This document shows positions 22,372-34,580 of a DNA stretch of 64,000 nt, piece by piece. The notes beneath the pieces were generated by a model, which was not told where the DNA came from, searched no databases, and worked only from the letters and a program-made list of their open reading frames with translations. The position numbers and the translations under genes are program-made. Position 1 is the stretch's first letter; every line of letters starts with the position of its first letter. This DNA is from Bispira polyomma (taxonomy: Eukaryota), in the NCBI GenBank assembly GCA_965649765.1, contig OZ287750.1, positions 78,430,001 through 78,494,000 of the forward strand, read 5' to 3'.

Positions 22372-24700
22372 TTAAATATCATAATTAGGATTTAACCACT
22401 ACGGTTTCACTTCATGCCAAGTGCACGTTTTTAAATATTTAACTTCAGTTTTGTCTGTGTTCTCATAACGCTCCCATCTTGACAGCATATCAGCAAAAGT
22501 GTTATTTATGCCCCTAACGTGCTCTACTAAAATCTCAATGTTATATTTGGCTTGTAATAACCATAGAGTTCTCGCACACACATTCAGAAAAAAAATCCCT
22601 GCACTTGAACCTGTTCAATATGTGAACAACCGCCAAATTGTCGCAGTTTACACAAATTGTTTTGTTGGCCCATCTGTGACCCCATACTTGGAATGCCACA
22701 ATGACGTGGACCATCTCGAAATGTACTATTGTTAGCATGCCCTTATAATTTTGGGGAATGTTGACTTTATAAATCTATCTTTCCCAGTATGCCTTTAAAC
22801 TATTAACTGACGCGCCAATAAATACGTGGTTTGTTATTCCCCCGTTTGGTGCATTTCTGTGACCCCATTGTAATCCTGAAGGAACTCGCAAAACCAATTA
22901 ATATCTTTGTGGAAACCTGCACTAAGACCTATTGTTACATTGGGGGGCGTCCCCCTTAGGACACTGAGAATTCTATTCACAAACAGTCTTGCCGGTTTGA
23001 CACATCTGTGTATAAATAAAAGCTTTCCTAACAATTGCTGAAGACCCCTGCGTGTGCCTCTGCTTTTGTTTTGCCATTTTAGACATAAGTTTTTTACTTC
23101 TAATAACTTCTTTTCTGGTATTGTTAAGCGACCAGTGGGCGAATCCACCTTGTCTTGGTTATCTGGGAGTCCTAATTTCTGTATCAGATTACGTAATGTA
23201 GTGAATGCGATGTTAGTCTTTCCCAGAGGCGTAACCCCGATGCAGTCATCGAGGTACGAACAAACCCAGTAATTGTAGCTATGCATGAGGTATGTAATGC
23301 CATCCGTTGCCATCTGACATGCGCATGCCCCCGAGGCTAGGTCGAAGGGGATGCTAACGTCGACGTACAGTTCTTTGTTCCAAGTTAAACCCAAGACTGA
23401 GTAATCTAACGGGTCTGTTCTTAAGTTTCTGTAAGCCCTTTGCAAGTCAATTTTGTATAATAAACAGTTTGGGCTTAGAGAGGCTATTTTTTCAACTATA
23501 TTATCTATTGTTGGATATCTGAGCTGAAATTCAATCTCATCAAAAGTGTTACGGGGAATACATGAATTGACACTACATCCGTGTGGCCAAGAAAGGTCCA
23601 CAATTATACGTCTGGTCCCGTTTGGTTTTGGCCTAGACATTAAGGGGGATACATGTAACTTTTCAAAATGACTGTTTCTCATTGGCCCCACCATGGCCTT
23701 ATGCCCAACCTCTGTTGCAAAGTATTCATCTACATCTTTTGGGAACCTTAATGCTGAGGGGTGATTTTCCACATTTGTATTATACGTGACGCTAGCATAA
23801 TCCAAAGACAAAGGAAAACCATACTGAAGGTAGTCACACAACACAGCCATATCATATTCACCCAAATATGCACGCCAAACCCTGAGGTGACCCTTGCCCC
23901 TTTGTAGTTGGGTACCCCTGTGGCCTTTGTTAAACTATAAGCCTCCCTCACCCATTGTATCATGTCATTGTTTTGCAATTCCTGTGTTTGGGTATTAGTC
24001 AAGGCTTTTTGTACCTGACAAAGATTTATGGGCACAAAGCCCCTTAGCCATTCTTTCAATTTTTCCCCCTTATTGGGCATGAGGCCTTCCTTTTCATTCT
24101 CAGAACAATGGGTAAAATTAGGGCTTTTACTGGAATGCTCTGAATGAAACCTTTGTACTTCACATCCAAACTGACACTGGCTTATGGCTGCGCTAACTTT
24201 GAAAGATAGATTGGCTGTGCTGTCGTGGCTAGAATTCATTGTTGTACTGATTTCCCTAATTGAAATTGACACTGTAAAATTAGCATAACTTATGAAACTC
24301 TCTAATTGGGGTGTGGCCCCTACATGTGTGACAAACGTAAAATTTTGCCCTATTGTCGACTCGTCGCCGACCTCAGTATCACCTGTTAGACCATGCTCTC
24401 CCTGTGACACATTATATGTACTATTAACATTTTGGGCCTTAGACCTGTCATGGTAATTATTTGTAGGTGTGTTGACACTACTGCAACCACTTTGGTTACC
24501 TAATTCACTATTGACATGGTTATTGTTTCTACTATTGGCATTTCGCCTAACACTGCTTGCACTGTTTGGGGTGCTATCCCTTTTCCATTCAGTGGCCCCC
24601 TTTTGTGCTATTTCTAGCCCAGAAGGGGGTTGGTCCTCCCCCCCAGTTCCCATTTCTTCTCGATACATAAATTTTGGAATTTTTACACACCAATAACAAA
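22372..24700 (-). pseudogene. pol (N-extension, RT, RNase H) of copy 3
   Basis: YLQYGFPL, RRIIVDLSWP, KIDLQRAYR, YLDDCI, CDNLAVV, ADMLSRW. Confidence 0.9.
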
Positions 24701-24876
24701 TACAATGGCCTAGGTGTTTGCTATTCCAAAATATACTTTCTTGAGCTAACCTAGCATTGACCCCATACTACTTTTGTTGAATATGAATTTTTTGTTTAGA
24801 AATTTCGGTAGAACTGGGATTGACTTCACTGTTGTTAAACCCTCTTTTCACCCCTATCACTACTGCTGTGGTTTTT

Positions 24877-26058
24877 TTAATTTGCATCGCTCATCTTACG
24901 ATTACATTTACTTTCTGGGTGGTCAAAGTTCTTGTGCACTCCCCTGTAACAAAACCCACAAGAGTGTTTTTGCATTTTCCCCCCTCCAAAGTGATCTGAA
25001 TCGAATTTACATACGCCTTTTGAATATTTTTGACATACTGTCACGTTTTCCTGATTTGCCTGATCCTTATCTTTACCTTGGTTATTATAATAGCCCGAGC
25101 TTGAGCTGTAACCACCAGAAGTTGTACTTTTCCACACCCTTTGGGTAAATCGCTGCCTGACACAATCAACTTCCCCCGGATTGTCCCAGCTCAAATTTCC
25201 CCTTTCACTTTCTGTAAACACTGCTGCATGAGCCCGTTTGGCAGTCGGCCATTATAAATCAATGGCGTCCTGCATCAAAACATATTGATATTGAAGCATG
25301 TTTTTCCTAATTTCTTCTTCTGTTTCTTGTAATACACATTTTGAAAACCCTTGAACCCACTGGCACAATGTAAGCTCTTCATATGTTGGCATTTTCATTT
25401 GATCATTTGACATACAGTTCTCGTGTGGCCATGCCACTGCCACCTTAACTTTCTGATCCCCAATTCTAAGTCTGCCTGATTTTATAGATTTTTTGTTAAA
25501 AAAATACCTGAAATGTCCTCCTTTGATGTCTCTTGGTACTGTCTTATTCTACGGTCAACTTCGTCCTGGATTACCGAGTCCCCCCTCAAGAAGTCCAGTG
25601 TGGACAACTTGACTGCCTTCACAGCCCGGCGTTGGTCGTCTGCGCTAACACGTTGGTCCCTGTGAGCTTTTGGCGAGCTGTGCGCTGACGGGCGCGTGGA
25701 AATGGATAGGTCACTACCATTTCTGTCTTCCTGTCGACTGACTCTCTCCTCCAACTGTGTAACCTTATTAGGCACTAGATCGAGTTTAGCCAAAACGTCT
25801 ACGTTTCCCACACGCTTCTTTCCCGGTGACTTCGTCTTCTTCTGTCCTGATGTCCCCTGAATTTCTGAGTCGTCTCCCATTGTTGTGTTAAAGGTAACTT
25901 GCTAAAAAATTCCTGCTGCCTCCGTTGTATTCTGCTGATGATAGCGTGTGATCCGTTGTTGCTCTGTTACAGGCCTCCCCAACCGGTGGTCTGTGACTGA
26001 TGTTGCATTTCGAGCATCGCTCCTGCGTGCTGCTCCTGGTATTGTGTTTCGGCCCCAT
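24877..26058 (-). pseudogene. Gag of copy 3 (frameshifted)
   Basis: MGPKHN...CSKCNISHRPPVG at start; WPHENC; CQKYSKGVCKFDSDH...HSCGFC...HPESKC. Confidence 0.85.
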
Positions 26059-26220
26059 CAGAACTTATAAACTTGTTCTTGCTGCTTTCCGTTTTAATAT
26101 TTATTATAATGTTTTTCACTAAAAATATGTAAACGGCCACTAAAACTATGTTGTACTAAAAACCAAGAACCAAAAACAGTGTGTATAATATATTTCATAG
26201 ACTATATGTTCTGAGCCTTC

Positions 26221-26403
26221 TAAAAATGTGTTGTTTCCTTCTTGCTAACTAATTCTTGAATGAGGTGGTGTTCCCCACCTGCCCTCTGTATTTAACAATT
26301 TTGGCGGGAAATCTTGGCGTCTAATGTGGGTGCTAATGAGTGTTATATATATGAACCTGCCAGGGAAAACTGACATCTGATGCTTAGCCATAACGGCCTC
26401 ATT
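26221..26403 (-). repeat. Split direct repeat A1 (5' end; TATA-like TATATATAA on minus at ~26343-26351)
   Basis: Near-identical to 20695-20877. Confidence 0.9.
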
Positions 26404-27395
26404 ATATTTTACATTATTGTAAATCTATTTAAAGATGTCCATTCTACGGGGTTTATACTTTTTTAGTTTAACCTGTGTATGCTTATTGGCAGTTATAAAT
26501 ATTCATATATTTTTTTTATTTTTTTTATGTACAATTAATACTATATACATCTGGCTTCGATCTACACTTGTCATTGAAACTTTTAAACGACTGACACAGC
26601 AAACTTTTAATTCTTTCTAACAAGCGGAGCCAAAATGACATGAAAACTTTTACCATCTGGTCACTGGAGTTTTTTTTCTAATAGCATGATAATACACTTC
26701 TGTTTACTAATGTATTCTAAATATTACTCTATGGAAAGCACATGGTCATTTGGTCTAACAGATGAAGCAACATATTCAAATGGTATCTAGAATAAATTTA
26801 ATTGGTGAACATACAGAAATTAGAAATGATAAATTAACAATTAAATTCTACAAGATTTGCTAAATCAGTGGTTAAAAATGATTGGACTTGTTTTGATGAG
26901 CAGTATCTGTGTATTATATAGTTACGTAATTTCATAGTGTATCATATATAATATGTAGTGATCTATTAAAACTGAAAAGAAACAACTAGTAAGCACGGGC
27001 TCAACTAATAAATTGTGACGACTATGTATGTAAGGTAAGTCTGATGACGATGCTTGTCTAATAAATAACTCATCTGATCGTTGGTTATGTCGCAATAAAT
27101 ACCATTTTGGGAGAAAAGTTATTATGTGTATGCAACAATATGTTAAGGCATGAGTTTTTACGTAATTACATGTATATCCTGCCCATGTGATACATTCGGA
27201 GATGGCCTACTTCTCAGAAGTCTCAGTGTACAAAAGACAGTGTTGTGTAGTTAGACGCTGGACATTGTGTGACTTAGTAAGTTGGACGATAATCTGGTAC
27301 TAAAGCTTCAATTATATGGAGTCAGACCACTATTAATTTTGTTATATAATATCTTATAGTTTTTTCAGTTATACTTAAGTTTGTTTATTTTTCAG

Positions 27396-27753
27396 AGATG
27401 CAAAAGCAGCAACATTGTTAATGCGCCAGTCTGACCCGGTCGATATGCTGAACATCGGGAAGAATGTGTTAAATAGAGATGCAGTCAAGAAAGATCAGTG
27501 GTTCCAGTACCAGTCCAGAAAGGTCAAGAAAACAGCAGTAACCATGAAGTTTATCCAGAATGCTCCCCTGAGTCAGCAAATAGTGCAAACTAATGAGAAC
27601 TTTCTTGAGGCAAGCTACCACGATTTGTGATGGGGAGTGGGACTAACACTAGAAGATGACACCTGGAAAGACCAAAGTAAGTGGCGAGGAAGCAACTGGC
27701 TTGGTGACATCTTGACAGAAGTAAGGAACGAACTAAGGCTCAACTCAAATTAA
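27396..27753 (+). pseudogene. NADAR/YbiA-like domain exon with one premature stop
   Basis: Acceptor TTTTTTCAG at 27395; translation SDP..MLNIGKNV..W..MKFIQN..L..QT..LEASYHDL*WGVG..WRGSNWLGDILTEVRNEL fits the NADAR signature (KF.QN, EAS..D..WG.G, G.N.LG..L..VR). Confidence 0.8.
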
Positions 27754-29059
27754 GAGTTAAATACCCAATGTTTTAAATTTACTGAATTAATTAGAACTTT
27801 CAGTTGACTTAATAGCCACATATACACATAAAATTCTAAGGCCTAATCTGATTAACAAATATGTGCGTATAGTACAAAGAAGTGCAATGCATAAACAGGA
27901 CTTATTGGACAAACTTAAACCTTTACTATGTTACTTAATCCTGTGGTGTTAACAAGGTAAATAAGATTGTGCATTTGAAAACCTGTTTTAGCTTCGTACA
28001 TGTAAGTGTTGCTGGTGTGTATTGTATACTAGTTATCTCAACCAGTTATTAATATGTATACTTTAGATAATATACCAAAGAATATTTTAGTGTACCATAT
28101 TTAAAGAGCATGAAGTATACATGCAGAGGTAAGTTGGTTGTGTTTGCTTTGTCATCAAGCACTACACATAGTATGGTAATGTTTTATTATGTTTTAAAAG
28201 TGGTTAAACATGCAACACATCAAATGCATCAGTTCCTACTGCAACAGAGGCCTTTGCTTTCAGCTAGAGTATTACACTATGACATTAAAAATATTTCATT
28301 GTATATAACTTGTATGCCCTATATTTGTACTGAACTTCGTTATCTTATTAAAACGAGTTAAAGACATTTGTAAGGTTATTATTATGTATATTTCAGCTAG
28401 ATATTCAGTATGATACAATTTATACCTCTATAATACTATTGACAAATATTTTGCACTTCATTTTTAAGGTATAACTGGTATAAATAAGTGTGGTAATGGG
28501 TGGTCATTTAAAAAATATTTCAGGTTCCTACGAACAGTTTCTTATTCAAACTTGTAATTAGAACAGTCGTTATTAGAACAGTTTCATTTGTCATGTATAT
28601 AGTCCACTCTATATGTGTATAGAGCAAAATAAACCGACTTTATGTCTATATTGTCTTGGGTGTATGTTGTGGGGATGCAACCTTTCTTAAGTAGAGTACA
28701 GTTGAATAAAAAAGCTATTTAAACTTGCTTATGGGTTAGCTTCTTATCTGCTATTATGGTTTTGTTTGAATTAGAACATTTGATTGGAATAAATTATAAT
28801 TAATTACAATATAACGAACCCTAACTGCAGACGTATGTGTGTATCTGTTTAACTAACTATAATATGAACGAATGAGGACCCCAGTCCCTACCTTTTAGGT
28901 ATTTAATTTCTGGAGCAAAATATCATCTCTTCTCTGTTGAGGAAATAGTGATTTTAAAGTAATCTAATGCATTAGATTGCTAGTGTAGTGCCCTTGAGTA
29001 GTTGAGAGGGTGCAAGTTCATACCCCGTACCATGTTCCGTTTTTGGTTCCATGTGTTTT

Positions 29060-31735
29060 GTGCCTTCAAAATGACGTCACAAGTCATGTGGTTTAATCTT
29101 TTATTATTGCATTAGGGTTAGGGCTTGAGGTTGTAACTTAAAGTCAGTTAGGGCTTAATGTTGTAAATTAGGGTCATGACTTAAGTTCCTAACTATAGTC
29201 ATCGCCACATCTTGTATTTTTATTGTCTTATAATTACCAAATGGTAATTAAAACCTAGAGCTTAAGTTTATAACTTGATGTTATGCCTTAAAAGTTTATA
29301 ACTTAACTTTGTAAATACTTATCTCTACGAGGATAGGATCCATTTGTATTGTCTTAGGCGATATAATTACTAAATGTTGATTAAAATCTAAAAGTCTCTG
29401 GCAAGGAAAGACTTAGATCTCGTTTATATATATGTAGAAGCAATTAAAGGGAAACGATTGAAACTTTTGGAACCCCTCAAAAACACACACACACACGCCA
29501 CATCTGAACTGCTATTGGGGTTTGATTGGGTGTGAAATTTCAAATTTAATTCATATCAAAAACTTTCAAAATCAAACATTTTAAATCTTAACTAATTATA
29601 TATATAATAGTTCATAAAATTGGGAACCTGTTGGCTTTAAGTTAAGGTTCCCTCATACCTATGAGGTCACCTTAGCTTAAATAGAATAAGTAATATGGTG
29701 TGTAACTGTAACATAGTTAATTATTAAATATACTCACAATTGGCAACAGGTACCTTGCATTTATTCATTAAACTCAAAAAATTTACAATTTCAATTAGCT
29801 AAGTAATTCCTAATTCCCATTCTCAAAACCCATGGTACCTGGTGCCCTTGTTAGGGTGACCTTAGTCATTTAAGGTCACCCTACAAATGTTTTGTGTTGT
29901 ACATAAAATGTAGTAGTAGTAAAATAAAATTTTATACCCGCAATACTCAGTGTACTCACTGGTCACTCAAGGTCACCCATAGACTGGATTGGGTGTAAAC
30001 TAAGACATGTACACATATAGACACGAAATGGGTTTATGAAGTAATTAAGTGGAAATAGGAAATCTACACAGAAAATCTTATGGTATAATTGAAAGCATCT
30101 TTAAAAGGTGTTGAAATGGTGAGCAAATATTATGAACACACTCCGTATAATTATTGCTTTTGAAGTAAAAACTTCAAACTTATTAGATATCCTTACAATT
30201 GTAACAGCAAGCTATTAATTATATGAAGACACTGGACAACATCTACTCTACAGGCTAATCAACTGTAATTCTTACTTTCTGACAAATTGAATACCATCAG
30301 GTTTAGGGCTTAAGGTTGTAACTTAAGGTCATAACTTAACTTCCTTACTATAGTCATCGCCACATGGTGTATTTTTAATGGTGTATTTTTATTCTTTTAT
30401 AATTACTAAATTTTAATTAAAACATAGAGCTTAAGCTTGTAACTTAAGGTTACGACTTAAGTTTGTAACTACTTATCCTTATAAGGATAGGATCCATTGT
30501 TATTGTCTTAGGCAATAGAATTACTAAATGTTAATTAACGTTTCTGGCAAGGAAAGATTTAGATCTTATATGAAAAAGCAATTAAAGGGAAATGATTGAA
30601 ACTTTTAGAACCCTCAAAAAAAAAAACACACATTGGAATTGGTATTAGGTTTTAATTGAGTGTAAACTAAGGCCTGTACATATATAGACACAAAGGGGGG
30701 TATGAAGTAATCGGGTGGAAATAGGTAATCTACACAGAAACTCTAAAGGTCCAATTAAAAGCAACTTTAAAAGGTGTTGAAACGATGTGCAATATGCTTT
30801 CAAAATGACGTCACAAGTCACGTGGTTTAATCTTTTATTATTGCATTAGGGTTAGGGCTTAAGGTTGTAACTTAAGGTTATGACTTAAAATTTGTCAAGT
30901 CTTTGAATCTTTTATATAGAGCACTAATTAGGTAGAAATAGAACCTAATAATAGAATTTCAAAGGATCCCAAAGAGCTATTAAAGTTTAATTGTCTGTAA
31001 ATAAGATCTATTCACAGTTTAATCTTTTATTATTGCATTAGGGTTAGGGCTTAAGTTTGCAACTTAAGGTCATGACTTAACTTCCTAACTATAGTCATCG
31101 CCACATTTTGTATTTTTATTGTCTTATAATTACTAAATGGTAATTGAAAAATAGAGCTTAATTTTATAACTTAATTTTACGACTTAAAAATTTATAACTT
31201 AAGGTTACGACTTAAGTTTGTAACTATTTATCCTCATAAGTATAGGATCCATTGTTATTGTCTTAGGCGATATAATTACTAAATGTTAATTAAAATCTAG
31301 ACGTTTCTGGCAAGGAAAGATTTAGATCTTGAGTATATGAAAAAGCAATTAAAGGGAAATGATTGAAACTTTTGGAACCCTTTAAAAACACATTGGAATT
31401 GGTAGGGTTAAATTGAGTGTAAACTAAGACATGTACATATATAGACACGAAAGGGGGGGTATAAAGTAATCGAGTGGAAATAGGTAATCTACACAGAAAA
31501 TCTGATGGTCTAATTGAAAGCAAGTTTAAAAGGTGTTGAAATGATGCGCAATATGCTTTAAAATGACGTCACAAGTCACATGCTTTAATCTTTTACTATT
31601 TTTCATTAGGGTTAGGGCTTAAGGTTGTAACTTAAGGTTATGACTTAAATTTGTCAAGTTTTTTAATCTTTCATATACAACACTAGTCGGGTAGAAATAG
31701 AACCTATTAATAGAACTTCAAAGGATCCCAATTTA
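29060..31735 (+). repeat. Satellite-like tandem expansion in the left TIR (units ~550-760 bp with TTAGGGTTAGGG and TGACGTCA)
   Basis: AAATGACGTCACAAGTCA at ~29068, 30802, 31561; TTAGGGTTAGGGCTT at ~29112, 30846, 31037, 31606; inverted copy at 36820-37030. Confidence 0.88.
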
Positions 31736-32114
31736 CCACTATGATCGTAATACAATTACAGAAATACAATGGAATTTTATGGCATATAAAATTTGTAAAT
31801 ACTATATCTATTCAGGAAATCTAGTTCGAACCAGTTTATCGACCATTGCGCAATCCTATATCGTACATGTGCAGAGGCTGTAAACATCTATTCTGAGGCT
31901 AAGGCTGCGACAGCCTCAGGAGGCTGAGCCTAAGAGAGCCTCATTTGATCAAGCACGCAATCTGATTGGTGTGATTATTTACCAAGATAGTTTAACATTG
32001 CAGTAGATAAGATTATATACAAAGCTATCCGATTATAAAATCACTAGTAGCAGGAGCTACAACATCAATAGCAGATAAATAGTCAATACAAGCAGTCAGC
32101 AATTTTTAAAAATA

Positions 32115-32303
32115 ATGGAAAATCCGGAGTCATTCAAATGTATGGCATGTGAAAAATCACACAAGTGGAAATGCGACCTTAAAAAGTATTTTTTGTTAAA
32201 ACATGAAGAAGAGACACATTACAACAACGATATCCCACAAGAAAATAGTGCGACATACCTACCTACCGGTGAACTGCAATTAATAAAAAATGAAAATTTT
32301 TAA
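32115..32303 (+). pseudogene. Short C2H2-like zinc-finger segment upstream of the ATPase
   Basis: FKCMACEKSHKWKCDLKKYFLLKH. Confidence 0.5.
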
Positions 32304-32308
32304 TTTTT

Positions 32309-33083
32309 ACACCAATTTACCATGAACGTGAGTGGTCCAACCAGATGTGGCAAAACATTTTTCATCCCAAAACTCCTTGAAAATTGTAAATTACAACCAC
32401 GTCCTGAGAGAATTCTATACCTATACAACAGCCACTGTATGACGTATTACAGCAACGAGTAGAACAAAGGATTTGTCAGCGATATTCCACAGGATTTGGA
32501 TCTAGATTCATTTTTTAACGTGGATAAAAATAACCTTATTATATTGGATGATATGATGGATCAAGCAAGCAGTGACAAAGCTGTATCTGACCTCTTTACA
32601 GAAGGGTCTCATCACAGAAATTTGAGTGTCATTAATTTGACCCAGTCACTTTTCCCCAAAGGTAAAAATAGTGCAACTCAAAGAAGGAATACTCAATACC
32701 TAATCATATTCAAATCACCAATGTGTCAAGATCAAGTTAGAGTACTGGGACGGTACATGTTCCCCCGGGATTTCAACAGCTTCATGAAAGTACACTCTGA
32801 GGGAACAAAGCAGCCTTACGGGTATCTTATCATTGATGGAAAGATACAAACCCCTACATCTGACCGACTCATCACAAATATTATGCCAAAAGAGACCTGC
32901 ACAAAAGCATTTGCTCTAAATTGTAACCATAGCAACAGCAAAATATCTGATATTAAAAGACAAGTAGGTCATGGTACAAATGATGGCTATGGAGATATAC
33001 CAATGTCCATTGCACCACCGCCGCCGGGTATACCCAATAAAGCAATCAAGCGGATCGGGTATAAAAAAGAGGTCAGGAAATGA
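32309..33083 (+). pseudogene. Polinton packaging ATPase (A32/FtsK-HerA-like), frameshifted
   Basis: Walker A VSGPTRCGKT at ~32328-32357; Walker B LIILDDMM; LFTEGSHHRNLSVINLTQSLF; PYGYLIID. Confidence 0.9.
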
Positions 33084-33657
33084 AAAAGACTATTTCACAC
33101 ATCTACAGCAATCAGTGCACCTCAATATGGATATACACGAGGCAACACCGTGTAAATACTGTGGCATAGTGTTTCAGGATACAGACAGTTTACAGGATTA
33201 TCTTGTTAATAGCTGTGTATGTGCCACAAAGAAGGAGACTGCATATAAATCTTCTGCACTTCTAGAAGACGATTGTACTGAGCCAGTATCGAAGAAAGAA
33301 AAGCTGTCGCATGCTATCGAAGAAGATATTTCTGAAAATCCTGTCTTCAATAGACTTTACAAACAATCTAAAGATGCGTACAATGACAAATGGAACCAAA
33401 CTCGTAAAGAGTATATCGAAGATGGGACAGAAGAACGAGCAGCTGAAATGGAAGCACATAGACAGCTACTGTCAGATTACAAAAAACAATTTTTTAAAGA
33501 GTGCAAAATGTTTCCAAAGTCATTGTATGACCTGCAAAATAGTACTGTGCATCAGTTGATTTGGGATGAAATCCAAGACTTATCATTGATGCAGAAAGAC
33601 AAAGACAAAGTGATTTGCTGGGTTTTGGCAAAAAATAAATATATATCTCTTACTTAG
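33080..33657 (+). CDS. Unknown Polinton-associated protein with a degenerate zinc-finger-like CxxC, truncated by the right TIR
   Basis: PCKYCGIVFQDTDSLQDYL followed by a charged helical region. Confidence 0.45.
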
Positions 33658-33770
33658 GCTCAGTGTCCTGAGACCGTCCTTTAGAGGCTCTCTTACTTAG
33701 GCTCAGACTCCTGAGGCCGTCCTTTAGAGGCTCTCTTACTTAGGCTCAGCCTCCTGAGGCCGTCTCAGAC
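33655..33770. repeat. 43-bp tandem repeat (~3 copies) at the inner edge of the right TIR
   Basis: CTCTCTTACTTAGGCTCAG...CCTGAGGCCGTCCTTTAGAGG repeated. Confidence 0.85.
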
Positions 33771-34029
33771 TAAGCCTCATGATAGATGTTTACAGCCCCT
33801 GCACACATCCTATATAGGATTGCGCAATGGTCGATGAACTGGTTTGAACTGAATTTCCTGATTAGACATAGTATTTACAAACCTCGTCTATCCCTTCGAG
33901 GAGAATTCCTATTTTATCTTTTCATTCGTCATAAGATTTGTCTTACCTGTTTTGTTTAAGTGGGAACTATGCTACTTTTTCTTATTTGGTAAAAACTCTT
34001 GCTAAAGCAAGACGATTAATAATATCCAC

Positions 34030-34310
34030 ATGCAAGAGCACTCAGTAGAGCGCAACATTTGTCTGGGCTATTTTGACCTATTATTACTTTGATTCTCTTA
34101 GGTGGGGGGGGGGGGGGGGTATAGATTTAGACCTGTTAAACTGTTAAAACAAAAAACAATACTTCTCTAGCCATACTTTATCACAATACATTGTTTGTTG
34201 AAAATTGATTGCGAATAGTTATTTGTGTGATCTTGCTAAAAAAAACGAACATCCTATGAAACGTAAATGCGCAGGTGAAAACATAACCTCCTTGGTAGAT
34301 GGTATTAACC
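34030..34310 (+). mobile_element. Short non-autonomous element, possibly Helitron/HINE-like; related pieces at ~59260-59450 and ~53895-53915
   Basis: GCACTCAGTAGAGCGCA ... AAACATAACCTCCTTGGTAGATGGTA; CATAGTAGAGTGCATACCTC recurs at 59270. Confidence 0.45.
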
Positions 34311-34580
34311 AAGTAATGAATTTATTTGAATTCAGCTATATTTATCGGCAGCTCTGAAGGATACTGGTACACTTACAGTAAACGGTTATTCTTTGTATGT
34401 ACAAATATATTGGACAGGTTAAAAGAATAGATTATGGCTTCTATAATGATTCAGTATGTCTTGTAATATTTTAGTATCCGAACAAAAATTCTTACTTTTT
34501 CGAAATTGTCGGACAATAAGGTTTATTTTACACTGCAATTAATCATGCTATTATATATAGATAGCCTCAAAGGTATATAT

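Larger units (their letters stand above)
19635..26403 (-). mobile_element. Full-length Ngaro/PAT-type YR retrotransposon copy 3 with split direct repeats (A1-gag-pol-YR-B1-A2-spacer-B2)
   Basis: A1 26221-26403 = A2 20695-20877; B1 20885-21355 = B2 19635-20157; internal gag, RT, RNase H and YR; no TSD visible. Confidence 0.93.

Noticed and set aside
27628-27630. TGA in NADAR as selenocysteine
   Set aside because: The position is not a conserved Cys in NADAR and no SECIS was recognised; simple decay is likelier.
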